A DNA stretch of 62,884 nucleotides, the filler included. It is 9 parts of 9 records of this genome, joined end to end, with 100 filler letters (N's around TTAATTAATTAA, not from the genome) between each part and the next. Parts side by side here need not be neighbours in the genome. Positions count along the whole stretch, not along the records: positions 36,470 to 43,827 come from SRR31147125_47064; positions 43,928 to 50,650 come from SRR31147125_47131; positions 50,751 to 55,960 come from SRR31147125_47136; 6 more parts are not named here. One strand, given 5' to 3'. The notes under the pieces were generated by a model. That model was given only the letters and a program-made list of their open reading frames with translations. It searched no databases and was not told where the DNA came from. The position numbers were made by a program, and so were the translations under genes. Positions 40,913 through 52,278 of this stretch are shown here, in pieces. Position 1 is the stretch's first letter; each line of letters opens with the position of its first letter.

Positions 40913-43775
40913 ATGGCCCCTAAAAAAGAAAAAGTAAAAAAAATAGAACTCAGGAACGACAAAAATTTCTTAAAAAAAGCTGCTCACAACTCATCGCCCA
41001 AGGAGATAAAGCCGTATCTTCGGGAGATTATCGAAACGCCATCTTATGCTTTCAAACGGCGTTGAAGCATCCGGATGCGTCAAAAGATCCCATCCCTATT
41101 CAGACAAAGCTTTTCCAGGCGTATTATCAGCGCGCGCTGGAGTTAGATGCCAAAGGGATGACAAAAGAGGCAACTGCCATGAAAAAACAGGCGTTGGCAG
41201 CGGCTCCCGAAGTGAAGCTGCTGGCAGTTGACGACATGATCGCATACCTGAACCTGTGCGATCTCGATCGGGCGTTTACGGCCTATCTGGAATACGTTGA
41301 TGCGCACGGCAACACCCCGAAACTAGAACACATTCCGGCGGATTTTTTCATCAGTAAAAAATGCTGGAAGTACGAGCGCCGTCTTCCCCAGGATGCCCTA
41401 CTAAAACGAGGTATCCCGATCATGAAAAAGAGTGTTCCCTTTATGGATCAAGGAAAATGGTCAAATGCGTTGGCAGTAATGAAATCCCTTCCACGGTCAT
41501 CTCCCTTTGCCCATGCCAGGCTTTTTTGTCGTGCCATGATCGCATTTAATGAAAACAACGACGCAGATTTTAAAAAAGCGGTCTCGATGCTGCCCCCACT
41601 TCCATTTTGATGCAGGTGGCAGATAAAATGAGGGTTGGGATCGAATTGGAACGGTTGGGGAACGCCACGCAAACGGCACTGACCGATTCCGAATTTTCAG
41701 TGATCCGAGAACTTTGGGATGGGCCTTTCAACATTGATAGACACCTCAACACTCTGATCAAATTTGATCGAGAGGGACGCTACACATCGGGAATGGGAAA
41801 CGCCATCAAACAGATTGCAAAACAAATCTCTCCCAAAGATACAAAGCCGGCGCTGCTTTATATTGTGGAAACCGTGGCAGACAGCAGCCACAGCCGAGAC
41901 AACGCATTTTTTAAAATGGCTCAAAAGGTGATCGGCACCAGCGCAGAGATGGTGAGGGACAAAATTGCTATTTTAACAATGGAAAATCCCCTGAAATCCG
42001 CATTCGATCTCTTTACCCATTTTGAAAAAGAGTTTACCGATCCCGAAGAGCGGGCCATTGCAAAATCCATGATTATTTGTCGACTGGCAACGACGTATTA
42101 CCATTCTGCCGGCCATATGACGCTTGTTACAGAGCCTTCATTTCTGAAAGATCATTTTAAGATCGGCTCTTCTCACTGGAAAGAGGCCGTCCTCGAGCTG
42201 ATTTTATTCGGCATTGAATTGGATCCGAGAAACCGGAATCTGTATGAGCTGGCAAAAGAGATCCGGATAAAATCCAGAAATGAGAAAAAACTGATGGAGT
42301 CCATTTGGGATGCCATGGCTGACACTTGGCCCGATGATGCCGAACCCTGTCTGAGACTGGCCACCCTGTATCACACCAAAGGGGCCTACAGAAAAGCGGA
42401 AAACATACTAAAAAAAGCAGCTGTGCTTGCTCCCCATGACACCCGTGTGGTGGATATGCAGGTCATCTCTTTACTCATTGCGACGGACAGAAATGCCGGG
42501 AACAACAGGTTTCATCTGGTCTGGCCCGATTTTGAAAAGGCACGGGAAACCTATGCTCCCAAATGCCGACTGCTTCTGGGGGCCAAGCAGATTCTGTATA
42601 AAGCCCTTGAAACGGGTAAGCTGAATCATAGTGAGATGGAAAAAGTTCTCACCCCCTTTTCCTTATCGGATCAATTGAGAATGATATTGATGCTGATAAA
42701 AGATATTGACGACAAAACCCTTGGCAATAAAAGCAGAAAAAAACTTAAAAAAGAAGCCAAAGAGAGTTTCAACAAAACCTTCAAGCAGTTAAATGAACTC
42801 AGCTCCCTCGACATATTGGCCGTTTTGCAACATCTTCCCAGCGAGTGGCGGAATCTTTACAATGAGTTCAGCCCATTGATGACGATTCCCGGATCCCCCG
42901 GCAAATTACTCTCCAGGCTGGAGGATACCCACCTGTTTTCCTTGGTTCACTCCAACAACGACTTTGAAATGAGAACTCTTAGATCGGAAATCAACCGAAG
43001 AGCAGAACGGGAACCCGGCAAAAAAGCGACTGCCAAAGAGTGGTCTGACTGGAAAATCCTTGAGTTTTACCGCATCACACTGGAAAACATCTCCGGTGGG
43101 CCATTTTCCGTGTTCAATGCCTATGAAGATTACATGTATTTACTGGAAGATATTGACCCTGAGACGGAAAACCGGCTCAAACAAGCGGCATCTCAGTTGT
43201 CAAGCATGACGTTCGGGCCTTTGCAGGCGGCATTGGATCGATTTGACTTTGAGATTCTCGCTCCCCCACCGTTTCCATCCTCTCCATTGGACTTTTTGGA
43301 TGATGATTGGGATGACGACGACTGGGACGACGATGATTGGGACGACGATGATGAGTGGGATGATGATGACTTTTTCGACTCTCTTTTTGGGGGAAAACGC
43401 CCCTCACCATTTGATTTCGGAAGCCCCAAAGGCGGTCGCGGCAAAAAAGGCAAAGCGACATCCGGTCCACTGATTCCGGGATTGCCATTTGAGATGGATG
43501 AAATCGGCCAAATGGCGGATATGATTCGACAGATCCTCAATACACGCGAAGGGCAAGAGCTTAAAAAAATTCTTGACCAATGCTTGGACGACCTTGAGCA
43601 CGTTGTTGATATGGAAGGCCTCAGGGGCAAATCCGATGCTGTATTGCAAAAAGCCAGAAAACGATTTCTCAAAGATCCGGAAATCAAGCTGAATTTGGAC
43701 ATGATCAATGCATGCTACAAACCGGAAGCAAGAAAAAAACTATCCAAAGAGGCCAAAACACTCTTCCTGTCTTAG
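40913..43775 (+). CDS. large TPR-like helical protein with acidic Asp/Trp tract; frameshifts near 40925 and 41595
   Basis: ATG 40913 after GAGG; frames rejoin at A and C runs; TPR-like LATLYHTKGAYRKAENILKKA..LAPHD. Confidence 0.65.
43300..43370 (+). repeat. DDDDW tandem coding repeat
   Basis: DDDWDDDDWDDDDWDDDDEWDDDD, about 15-nt period. Confidence 0.8.
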
Positions 43776-43827
43776 AAAAGCGTTGAGACATCCTAAGTAA
43801 TATAACGGCCATGTCAGGCCACCTGAC

Positions 43828-43927
43828 NNNNNNNNNNNNNNNNNNNNNNNNNNNNNNNNNNNNNNNNNNNNTTAATTAATTAANNNNNNNNNNNNNNNNN
43901 NNNNNNNNNNNNNNNNNNNNNNNNNNN
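43828..43927. other. artificial contig linker
   Basis: N run with TTAATTAATTAA. Confidence 0.98.
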
Positions 43928-45902
43928 AAAAGATTTTTGCACCAGACCGAGACATCATAGCGTCCCCAGCGGAATCCGGCTTTGAGGTTGAACAGGGCAT
44001 AGCCGTCATCCTCCAGGGTATTGGCTGCATCAAAGTATTGTTGCCCGGCCCAGAAAACATTGGCCGTGCTGTAAAAGCCGCTGTCATGGGTGTAGGAAAC
44101 CCCTGCATTGGCCGTCAGATCCGGGGCCCAGGGCAGGGTACATCCGCTGTAATCCTTGACGCTGCCGTCCAGGGTTCCGATCCAGTGATCAATTTCAGCC
44201 TCGGCATACCCGATGCCTGCAAAGACCTCCAGATTATAGGCGGGAAGGGCTCTCACCTCCAGTTCAACCCCCTGGGTGTGGGCGTCGGCCGCATTGGTGA
44301 TCTTCCATGACCCGATGCTGCCGTCGGCAACCTCCTCTTTGATCTGCTTGTCTTTAATCTCGGTATAAAACACGGAGAAACTTGCGTTGAGGCGGTTGTT
44401 GAAGAATGAACTTTTTATTCCGGCCTCGTAATTTGTCGTATATTCCGGTTCATAGGCGAAATTATCCTGGGAGGTGGCTGAGTAATAATCATACCCCCCG
44501 GCCATCCACCCCGTGGAAAAGATCAGATACCCTGTGGTCTCCGGTGTGAACTTCCAGGACAGGGAGGTTGTGGGCAAAAGTTGGGTATCTGAAAGATCCT
44601 CGGTATAAAAGGTGGTCCCGGATGTGCTGATATAGGTCTGGGCACCGGATGCCGATGCATGGTCCACCCGCAGGCCCGCCGTAAAGGATAATTTTTCCGT
44701 AAGGGCCCGGGTGGCATTGCCAAACAGGGCCAGGCTGTCTGCATGGGAGTCTGTCAGCCGCTGGTTGGCCAGGGCCGCGCTCACATGTTCCAGTTCCCAG
44801 TCATTCTCGATCTCCTCTTTGGAGGCATAGGCCCCCACCAGCCAGGAAGAGAAAAAACCTGTGGAAGCGGAGCTAAAAAGACGGAATTCCTGGGTCCAGG
44901 ATTCCCGGGATAGGTCGATATAAGAGACGCTCAGGGCTGAATCGGTCCGGTCCGAATCCATGAGACGTTTTCTGTTAAAATCCTGGTGTGAACTAACCGA
45001 AACCAGGTCGGCATCCTTAAAATGGTACTTTGTCTTCAGAGATTGACCTAAGCTGTCCTGTTCGGCACGGGATTCCTGGTTGTTGATCACCGTGTAGGCC
45101 TCTGTGGCCCAAGCACCGTCAAGGTACCTCAAATTGTCAAGCCCCTGGTCCTGGTCTGCACCGTTCAGGGCAAAGGTGATATCCAGGTCCTCATTGGGGG
45201 TGAATCTCAGGCTGGCCCGGCCTGTAAAACTTTCATTATCCGAGGCGGTATCCGTCCCCATATTTGAATTGTCCATGTACCCGTCCGACATACTTTTCAA
45301 GGCCGATATTGTATAAAACAGGGTATCCTTCTTCAAGGCTCCTCCCACCATGGCCCCGCCGGTAAAGGAATCGTAGGAGGCCGCCTCCAGCAGCACCCGG
45401 GCCCGGGGGTGTTTCCCTGGGACGCCGTCACCAGATTGATCACCCCCGAAGAACTGTTCTTTCCGTAAAGGGTGGACTGGGGCCCTCTGAGCACCTCGAT
45501 GCGCTCAAGGTCAAACAAGGGCTGAGCCTGCATATAACTTAAGGGGAAGGCCAGGTCATCCATGTAAAAGCCCATGGGCGAGTACAGGGAGGTATCTATG
45601 GTGGAAATGCCCCGGCTGACAAAGGCATCCCCTGAAGTGGCGGTTTTAAAGAAAAGGTTGGGCACAAGTTGGCTCATCTCACCACTGGTTCGGATATTTT
45701 GCTCCTCCAATTCCCGGCTGCCCATCACGGTGATACTGGCAGCCACATCCTTGGCCAGTCCCACTTTTTTCTCTGCCGTCACCACAATGGTGTCCAGCTG
45801 GACGGTCTCAGATTCCTCTTCCGCCATTGCCCTGGACGCTGTTGTCAGGATCATGGCCGCGAATATCAAGACGGGAAGCATCTTTTTTAAGATATACCAC
45901 AT
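43928..45902 (-). CDS. TonB-dependent receptor (FyuA-like); frameshift near 45405; 3'-truncated
   Basis: Signal peptide, DTIVVTAEK TonB box, ERIEVLRGPQSTLYG plug motif, NYEAGIK. Confidence 0.9.
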
Positions 45903-46019
45903 GGTGAACTCCTCTGTGTTTTTTAGGTTGGCCTTACTTATGGTTTTTGATCGAAGTTTAGGCAAGATGAGATCAAAAGGCTATCATTTGCGGAACGGTT
46001 TGGATAATACCGTGAAAGG

Positions 46020-46040
46020 AATTGCAAATAATTTAGCATT
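46020..46040. promoter_or_regulatory. possible Fur box
   Basis: AATTGCAAATAATTTAGCATT imperfect dyad between the divergent receptor and AraC genes. Confidence 0.45.
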
Positions 46041-46081
46041 GTGGTCTATTGGTTAGCCTGAACAAACTTTAATAGGTGCCC

Positions 46082-47059
46082 ATGAAAGCATTTATCCAGC
46101 ATCCTAAAGAGGGATTTGTCCGGTTCAGTAAGACGGACTGCCCCGGCAGCACTAACCGTGAGGCCCTAAGGCCGGTGCCCGAACATCTGGGCCAGGGCCG
46201 GTTCCTGACCATAAACTGCCGGCAGGGCATGGACTTGTGCCTGAGTCGCTGCCGATTCTCCAGGGAATACCGGGCAAGGATCTCCTGGCCGTCCCCCATG
46301 CTGACCTTTGTTTTCTGTATGGCCGGCACCAGCCAGACCCGGGCAGAGGGCCTGGCGTCCCCCATTGAAATGGCCGCAGGCAAGGCCTATCTTCACTATT
46401 TTGAAGCCCCGGTTCTGGACCGCAGCGTTCCCGGGCAAAGGGAACTGCAGGCCGTAGTCGTCCGATTGTCCGGAGAGGTGCTGTTTTCCCTTCTGGATAT
46501 GGGCTCCGGGGGATGGACCCAGACAAATCTGCCCAAGGCCATGGACCAGGCCCGTATCTTCTGGAGTACTAAGATGGACCATGCCATGCAGGCGGTATTG
46601 TTCCAGATGTTTGCCTGCCCCCACAAGGGGCTTGTGCGCAGCATCTTTCTTGAAAGCAAGGCCCTGGAACTTGTGGCCTATACCCTGGAGCAGTTTCTGG
46701 GGCCCTCCTCCTTCTGTCTTTCCCGACCGGCTATGTTGGAAGATGAAAAGGAACGCATTCTCCAGGCCAGGGATCTTTTGATCCGGCAGATCAAGTTCCC
46801 GCCGGCTCTTCCGGAATTGGCCGGGGAGGTGGGTATGAGCCATGTCAGATTGACCCGGGGATTTAAAAAAGTCTTTGGATGCACCGTGTTTGAGTATCTG
46901 AGACAGGAACGCCTGGCCTACGCCAGACATCTTTTATCTGAAAATCGGATGAGTATTACCCAGGTCGCGTTTGAGGCGGGATTCTGCAGTTCCAGCCACT
47001 TTTCCTCAGCTTTTTTTAAACGCTTCGGGATTTTACCCTCGGATTTCAGGCGGGTATAA
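46082..47059 (+). CDS. AraC-family regulator (PchR/YbtA-like)
   Basis: LESKALEL, FKKVFGCTVFEYL, VAFEAGF.SSSHFSSAF..RFG. Confidence 0.9.
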   Translation: MKAFIQHPKEGFVRFSKTDCPGSTNREALRPVPEHLGQGRFLTINCRQGMDLCLSRCRFSREYRARISWPSPMLTFVFCMAGTSQTRAEGLASPIEMAAGKAYLHYFEAPVLDRSVPGQRELQAVVVRLSGEVLFSLLDMGSGGWTQTNLPKAMDQARIFWSTKMDHAMQAVLFQMFACPHKGLVRSIFLESKALELVAYTLEQFLGPSSFCLSRPAMLEDEKERILQARDLLIRQIKFPPALPELAGEVGMSHVRLTRGFKKVFGCTVFEYLRQERLAYARHLLSENRMSITQVAFEAGFCSSSHFSSAFFKRFGILPSDFRRV

Positions 47060-47209
47060 AAAAACGCAAATTTATTTTTAAGCGCTTGGAATATCTTCCA
47101 GTCGGTGCACCACACCTTTGCCTACGGTTGTCCTTTTGGGCGACCAATGCCATGGTGAAAAAGGCGGGCGCCTCATGCCGGGAAGATAACGATGGGAAAG
47201 GGTGCTGCC

Positions 47210-47400
47210 TGTAAAATAAACCCTTGGCATCCCAAATCTTGTATTCATAGCCAAAACCGGCAATTAATCCAAGTGTCCATTGGTCTTCAGCAGAAGTAAA
47301 ATCTGTGGTGTCTTTAATTTGGGTTGTTGGGTCGGCCTTTCCCTGGGATACGCCAATGGTAAGGCCTATATACTGACCATTCCAGCCTGAAAAAGAGGGC
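47210..47400 (-). pseudogene. possible remnant of a small outer-membrane beta-barrel gene
   Basis: Fragments FSGWNGQYIGLTIGVSQG and LGLIAGFGYEYKI in different frames. Confidence 0.35.
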
Positions 47401-47808
47401 TTCTCACCTCCATTGCCTGATTTACCATTAACAAAACGCCCTTTAATAAAATTGTAACACTTGTTTTAAATGCCATTTTTATTTCTCCAATTTTGTCGTT
47501 GGTTTTTGATGCCATTACCAAAATAGAATCGATCGTATTTATTAGAAGTAAAATTTTATTTTCTGCCATGATTTTGACGGGTTGGTTCAAGGTAAAAATA
47601 AAAATGACTTTTTGAACGGTCGATCTGCTCTAATCTGCCCGGCAAATGTCTGGGTTCTTATTGTTCCGGTGGCTGCTGCCGAGTCTAATGAGGGGGGCGA
47701 GTCGCCATGGGCTTGGGTTTTAGACCTTGACATCCAGGGCTTTGGGTGAGACTCTGATTAAAATGTATCATCAAAGTTCTTTTGGAAATCTGATCGGAAC
47801 CCCTGACC

Positions 47809-50650
47809 ATGACCATCACCCAACACACCTGCCCGGTTACCGGGCTTGCCATGTTTTCAGACCCGGATTGGGCCTGGCTGTCCCCTGACAAACGCTGTGC
47901 CGCGACAGCCTGCCTGATCTCGGACCGGATTTTATTGATCCGGGCCAGGGGGGATATCCGGGTTGAGGACCAAAGGCAGATCAGCCGGATGGTCTCGACA
48001 TTGGTGGTGGAGTCAATCCCCTCGGGAACAGAAGTGATTCTGGTGTTTGACTGGGCCCGGGTGTCAGGGACGGACTACGCTGCAAGATCCCGGTTTTTTG
48101 ATCAGTTGAGCCGGAGGCAGTCCAGTATTCGGGGCCTGGTGTTTTACAGCCTCTCCTTTGTGTCCCGGCTGAGCATCAAGCTGGGGGCCCGTCTCAACCG
48201 GCTGCCCTTTCCTGTGTTTTTTTCCCGGGATTTTACCCGGGCCATGTCACAGGCCTGTGAACTGGCAGGGCAAGGGCCTGTCACGGCAAGGGTTCCAGGA
48301 GAGAATCCAGAGGGTTCGGATGACCGGGCAAAGGGCCTGGAGGGGTATCGGGACGAGTTGCTGGATTTTCTGGGCGGCCTGACCTGGGATGAACCTGGGG
48401 CCGCCCCTCCAAAGATTCCGGATGACCATCCCTTCCGGGAGGTGTTTGGCGCCTTGAATCTCATCAAGGCGGATCTGGATGTGGTCTTCAGGCATAGGGA
48501 TGACCTGGAGGCTGAACTGCGGTCCCACCAGGGCAAGCTGGAGGATATGATCCGCCAGCGAACCCTTGCCCTTGAAGCGGAAGCAGCCCAGAAACGCCAC
48601 GCCCGAACCATTAACACCGTTCTTTTTGACATCTCTACGGCCGTCACCACCACCGCCAGTCTGGACGATTTGTATCCCCTGATTCATGAGCGCCTTGAAC
48701 GGATTCTCAGCCTTCCCAATTTTTTTATAGGGATTTACGATTCCCGCAATGATTGTCTTGATATTCCCTATTGCGTGGATGAGCATGAACCTGAATTGTC
48801 CAAAATTTCAGAGGTATCAAAGGGGGGCTCTTTGGCCGGCAGCGTGCTCATGACCCAGGACCCCCTGCTTCTGGTTAAAGAACAATTGCTTGATGAATCC
48901 CATCGGCTGAGGACGGAGCATATCCCTGAATACTGGCTGGGGGTGCCCTTGGTCGGCCAGAACCGGGTCATGGGCATCATGGTGGTGAAAAGCTATTTTA
49001 AAAGCGATGCCCTGACCCAAAAGGATCTTGAACTGCTCATGTCCGTCTCCAACCAGGTGGCCGTGGCCATTGAGCGGAGACGGGCCCTGGATGATGTGAG
49101 TCGGCGGGAGCAAAAGTATCGTAAACTGATTCGGACCACCTCTGCCGGTTATCTTCTAGTGGATGAAAATGATGTCATCGTGGAGGTGAACCCGGCCCTG
49201 TGTGATTTGACCGGATATTCTGCCAAGGATCTCATGGGGAAATCTCCTTTGGAGATTATTGAACAGGAGAGCCGGGAAACCTATCAGTCCAGCAGTCTTG
49301 TGTTTCGCCAGGACCATGAACGCCGGTACGAGCTCACGGTGGTCCGCAAGGATGACAGCCTTGTCCGGGTCAAGGTGGCGGCCTCCTCTCTATTTGATGA
49401 TGCCGGCGGATACCGGGGCCTTTGCCTTTATCACGGATATTTCCGAGCGCTACCAGGCCCAACAGGCATTGAGGCTGGCCAGGGACAAGGCTGAAGAGGC
49501 CTCCCGGGCCAAGTCCCATTTTCTGGCCAATATGAGTCATGAGATCCGCACCCCGATTAACGGCATCCTGGGCATGGCAGAGATCCTCATGGGAACCGGT
49601 TTGAATGCCTCCCGGGAAAAATTTGTACAAACCATAGAGACCGAGGCCGAAGCCCTTTTGGGCATTGTCAATTCCATCCTGGACTTTTCAAAAATTGAGG
49701 CGGGCCGAATGGAGATGGAATCCATCCCCTTTGATCTGGGCAAGGTTTTTGACGATTTGGCCAATGTGATCAGTGTCAGGGCCCGGAAAAAGGATTTGGA
49801 TTGTATTGTTCACTTGGAATCCGGTGTTCCCAGGGGGCTTAAGGGGGATCCGGGCCGGCTGCGCCAGATTCTGCTCAACCTGGCGGACAATGCCCTTAAA
49901 TTTACCGCATCCGGCCAGGTCAGCATTTTTGGTTCCAGGATTTTTGTTTCCCATACCGAGACAAAGATTCGGTTTGAAGTCCGGGATACCGGCATTGGTA
50001 TCCCCAGTGACAAAAAGGCCAAGATTTTTTCAAGTTTTTCCCAGGCAGACGGCTCCACCACCCGGAAATATGGGGGCACAGGTCTGGGGACCACCATTGC
50101 CAAACAATTGGTGGAACTTATGGGCGGCACCATTGATTTTGACAGTGAGCTTGGGGTGGGGACCTCTTTCTGGTTTACGGTCCGGTTTCCCAGGTGCCGG
50201 AGAGAGGCGCCTAAGCTCTCTGCTCCGGTTGATTTAAGTCAGACCACCATTCTGGTGGCAGACGCCAATGTTGCCCATGGCCGGGGGGTGTGCCGGGCAC
50301 TTGATTCCCTGGGAGCAGATGCCTGCTTTGCCCAAACCTATGAGAAGGCCCTGACACTGCTGGCCTCCCCGGAATCTGATTTTTCCCTTGTCATTGCCGA
50401 CCATTGCCCGGTAACGGTCTCCGGATTTGAGTTTGCCTCAGCCATGCCACAAGGCGCTCCAGGGCATCGGCTGCCCCTTATTCTCATGACGGCCCGGGGA
50501 CAGAAGGGGGACGGCAGCCGCTGCCGGGAACTTGGCATTGAAGGGTATTTGACCAAACCTGTTGGGCAAGATGACCTGGAGGCTGCGGTGACACAGATTC
50601 TTGCCGCGCCTGACCGGGAGGAAAACAGGCCATTGATCACAGCCCATTCC
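47809..50650 (+). CDS. hybrid sensor histidine kinase (GAF-PAS-HisKA-HATPase-REC); frameshift near 49416; 3'-truncated
   Basis: WLGVPL GAF, VNPALC PAS, FLANMSHEIRTP, GDPGRLRQIL, GGTGLG, YLTKPV. Confidence 0.9.
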
Positions 50651-50750
50651 NNNNNNNNNNNNNNNNNNNNNNNNNNNNNNNNNNNNNNNNNNNNTTAATT
50701 AATTAANNNNNNNNNNNNNNNNNNNNNNNNNNNNNNNNNNNNNNNNNNNN
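50651..50750. other. artificial contig linker
   Basis: N run with TTAATTAATTAA. Confidence 0.98.
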
Positions 50751-51084
50751 GAGCTCCGAAAAAAAAGGGTCTTAATTCCCTCTTCGCACTTAACCCCACA
50801 AGCTCTTGAAATAAGTCGACACCAGCAACTCTCCCTGGCAAGGGCTTCCCCAAGATCTTTGATGCCCATACAATGGGCATTCCATCAACATTAACGATGT
50901 CACACGAATTAATGATTGCTTTGAGTTGGTGATCGTTTTGCATGTTTACGATCTTTGCAACATTCACCACAACATGTTGCCTTGGGGCGCCCTTTTTTAT
51001 TATTCTTTCTACCAATTGAATCGTATCATTCATAGTAAGCGCATCAATTTGGCAGCCAAAGATAGAACACGTATTTTCTTTCAT
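50751..51084 (-). CDS. WecB/TagA/CpsF family glycosyltransferase, 3'-truncated
   Basis: VVVNVAK, DGMPIVWAS, RVAGVDL, FFFGA. Confidence 0.9.
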
Positions 51085-51102
51085 TTAATTCTACACCTTA
51101 CG

Positions 51103-52245
51103 TCAAGTTGATCCAATATCAATTTCTGAGAGATATAGGGATAGGGCAAAAAACATCCAGGCTTGTGACCACCGAATATAAGGAATCTTGTTCGTGTACC
51201 ACTTAGTTTTCTGGTAATAGAAAAAGCCTTCTTTATCTTGCATATTTACAATGGCCCAAGATGCAATTTTGTTGACCATTTCTTCACTTCTATTATCAAA
51301 ATCTCGAAGTTTCAGACAGGTAATAATTCCTTGAGCGGAACAATGGATGTCAATTGGGTATAAAGAATTATTGTAGTATTTTGGGCAGCCGTTCTCCAAC
51401 CAAAATGTATCTAAATAATATTTGTATGCACCAACCAACTTCTTTTGCCAATCGTATTCGCCGGTATTTTTCATCCAGTTGTAAAGAGCGACAAGGTTAA
51501 ATCCGGTATGGAAATTATCAACGAATTTATGATGGTGTCGTTCGCCATAAGGCCAGGAGAAATCATTTTCTAACGCATCGGTCGAATACTTCATTGCCTT
51601 TCTAGATTTCTCGAGTAGCTGATGATTACCAAATTGAACATAAACCCGAGACAATAACGCGGCACCCAACATATTAGCATTATGCACCCTGGCCTCTTCA
51701 CCTGGGATATAACCAAAACAGAGAGAATCCTTATTTTCAAAAAGCAAAAGATGGGATAAAAGAAATTTGCATGCCCCCTTAGCTATATTGAGAGCTCTTT
51801 CATCACCTGTTACTTCAAAATAGTCCATAAAACTGTTTGCAATAAAAACGGTTGCTACAAGATTGGGTTTACCCTGAGGGACAGAAAATGCACGGGCCTC
51901 CCAGTCGAAATTATACCCCCACGAAATACCTTTGTAACCGGAGCAGGTCATATTTTCCAGTCGAGAATACAGAATCCTGCTTTCTTCGATATTGCCTATT
52001 TTCAACAAGCCAGTGGCAAATAAAGCCAACCCTTTTGCATTATATCCAATGGGGACGAAGGTTACAGGCCTAAGATTTAGAGGGGAATGTTTGAAACATT
52101 GAATCCAGGCAAGACGTAATAGCTTTATCTTGGACAACGGCATTGCTTTAAACAACCTTGAATTAAGGCCGTCAAACAAGTCATATCCTTTATACCGTCT
52201 TGCAAGACAATAGTTACGTAGTGATTGAAAAGAAGATTGAATCAT
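51103..52245 (-). CDS. (alpha/alpha)6-barrel-like protein of polysaccharide loci
   Basis: GYDLFDGLNS, WGYNFDW, VHNANMLGA, DNFHTGF, YIRWSQAW. Confidence 0.65.
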   Translation of the reverse strand: MIQSSFQSLRNYCLARRYKGYDLFDGLNSRLFKAMPLSKIKLLRLAWIQCFKHSPLNLRPVTFVPIGYNAKGLALFATGLLKIGNIEESRILYSRLENMTCSGYKGISWGYNFDWEARAFSVPQGKPNLVATVFIANSFMDYFEVTGDERALNIAKGACKFLLSHLLLFENKDSLCFGYIPGEEARVHNANMLGAALLSRVYVQFGNHQLLEKSRKAMKYSTDALENDFSWPYGERHHHKFVDNFHTGFNLVALYNWMKNTGEYDWQKKLVGAYKYYLDTFWLENGCPKYYNNSLYPIDIHCSAQGIITCLKLRDFDNRSEEMVNKIASWAIVNMQDKEGFFYYQKTKWYTNKIPYIRWSQAWMFFALSLYLSEIDIGST

Positions 52246-52278
52246 ACTAATTTTATGCGAAGAAATTACTTCTCGCTA

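Noticed and set aside
43193-43708. Ser-rich antisense ORF and other long shadow ORFs (46166-46930, 48144-48786)
   Set aside because: Reverse-frame shadows of well-supported genes or of the Asp repeat.
47630-47760. Possible c-di-GMP-I riboswitch upstream of the hybrid kinase
   Set aside because: Only scattered sub-motifs; the GNRA-capped P2 stem and the correct order are missing.
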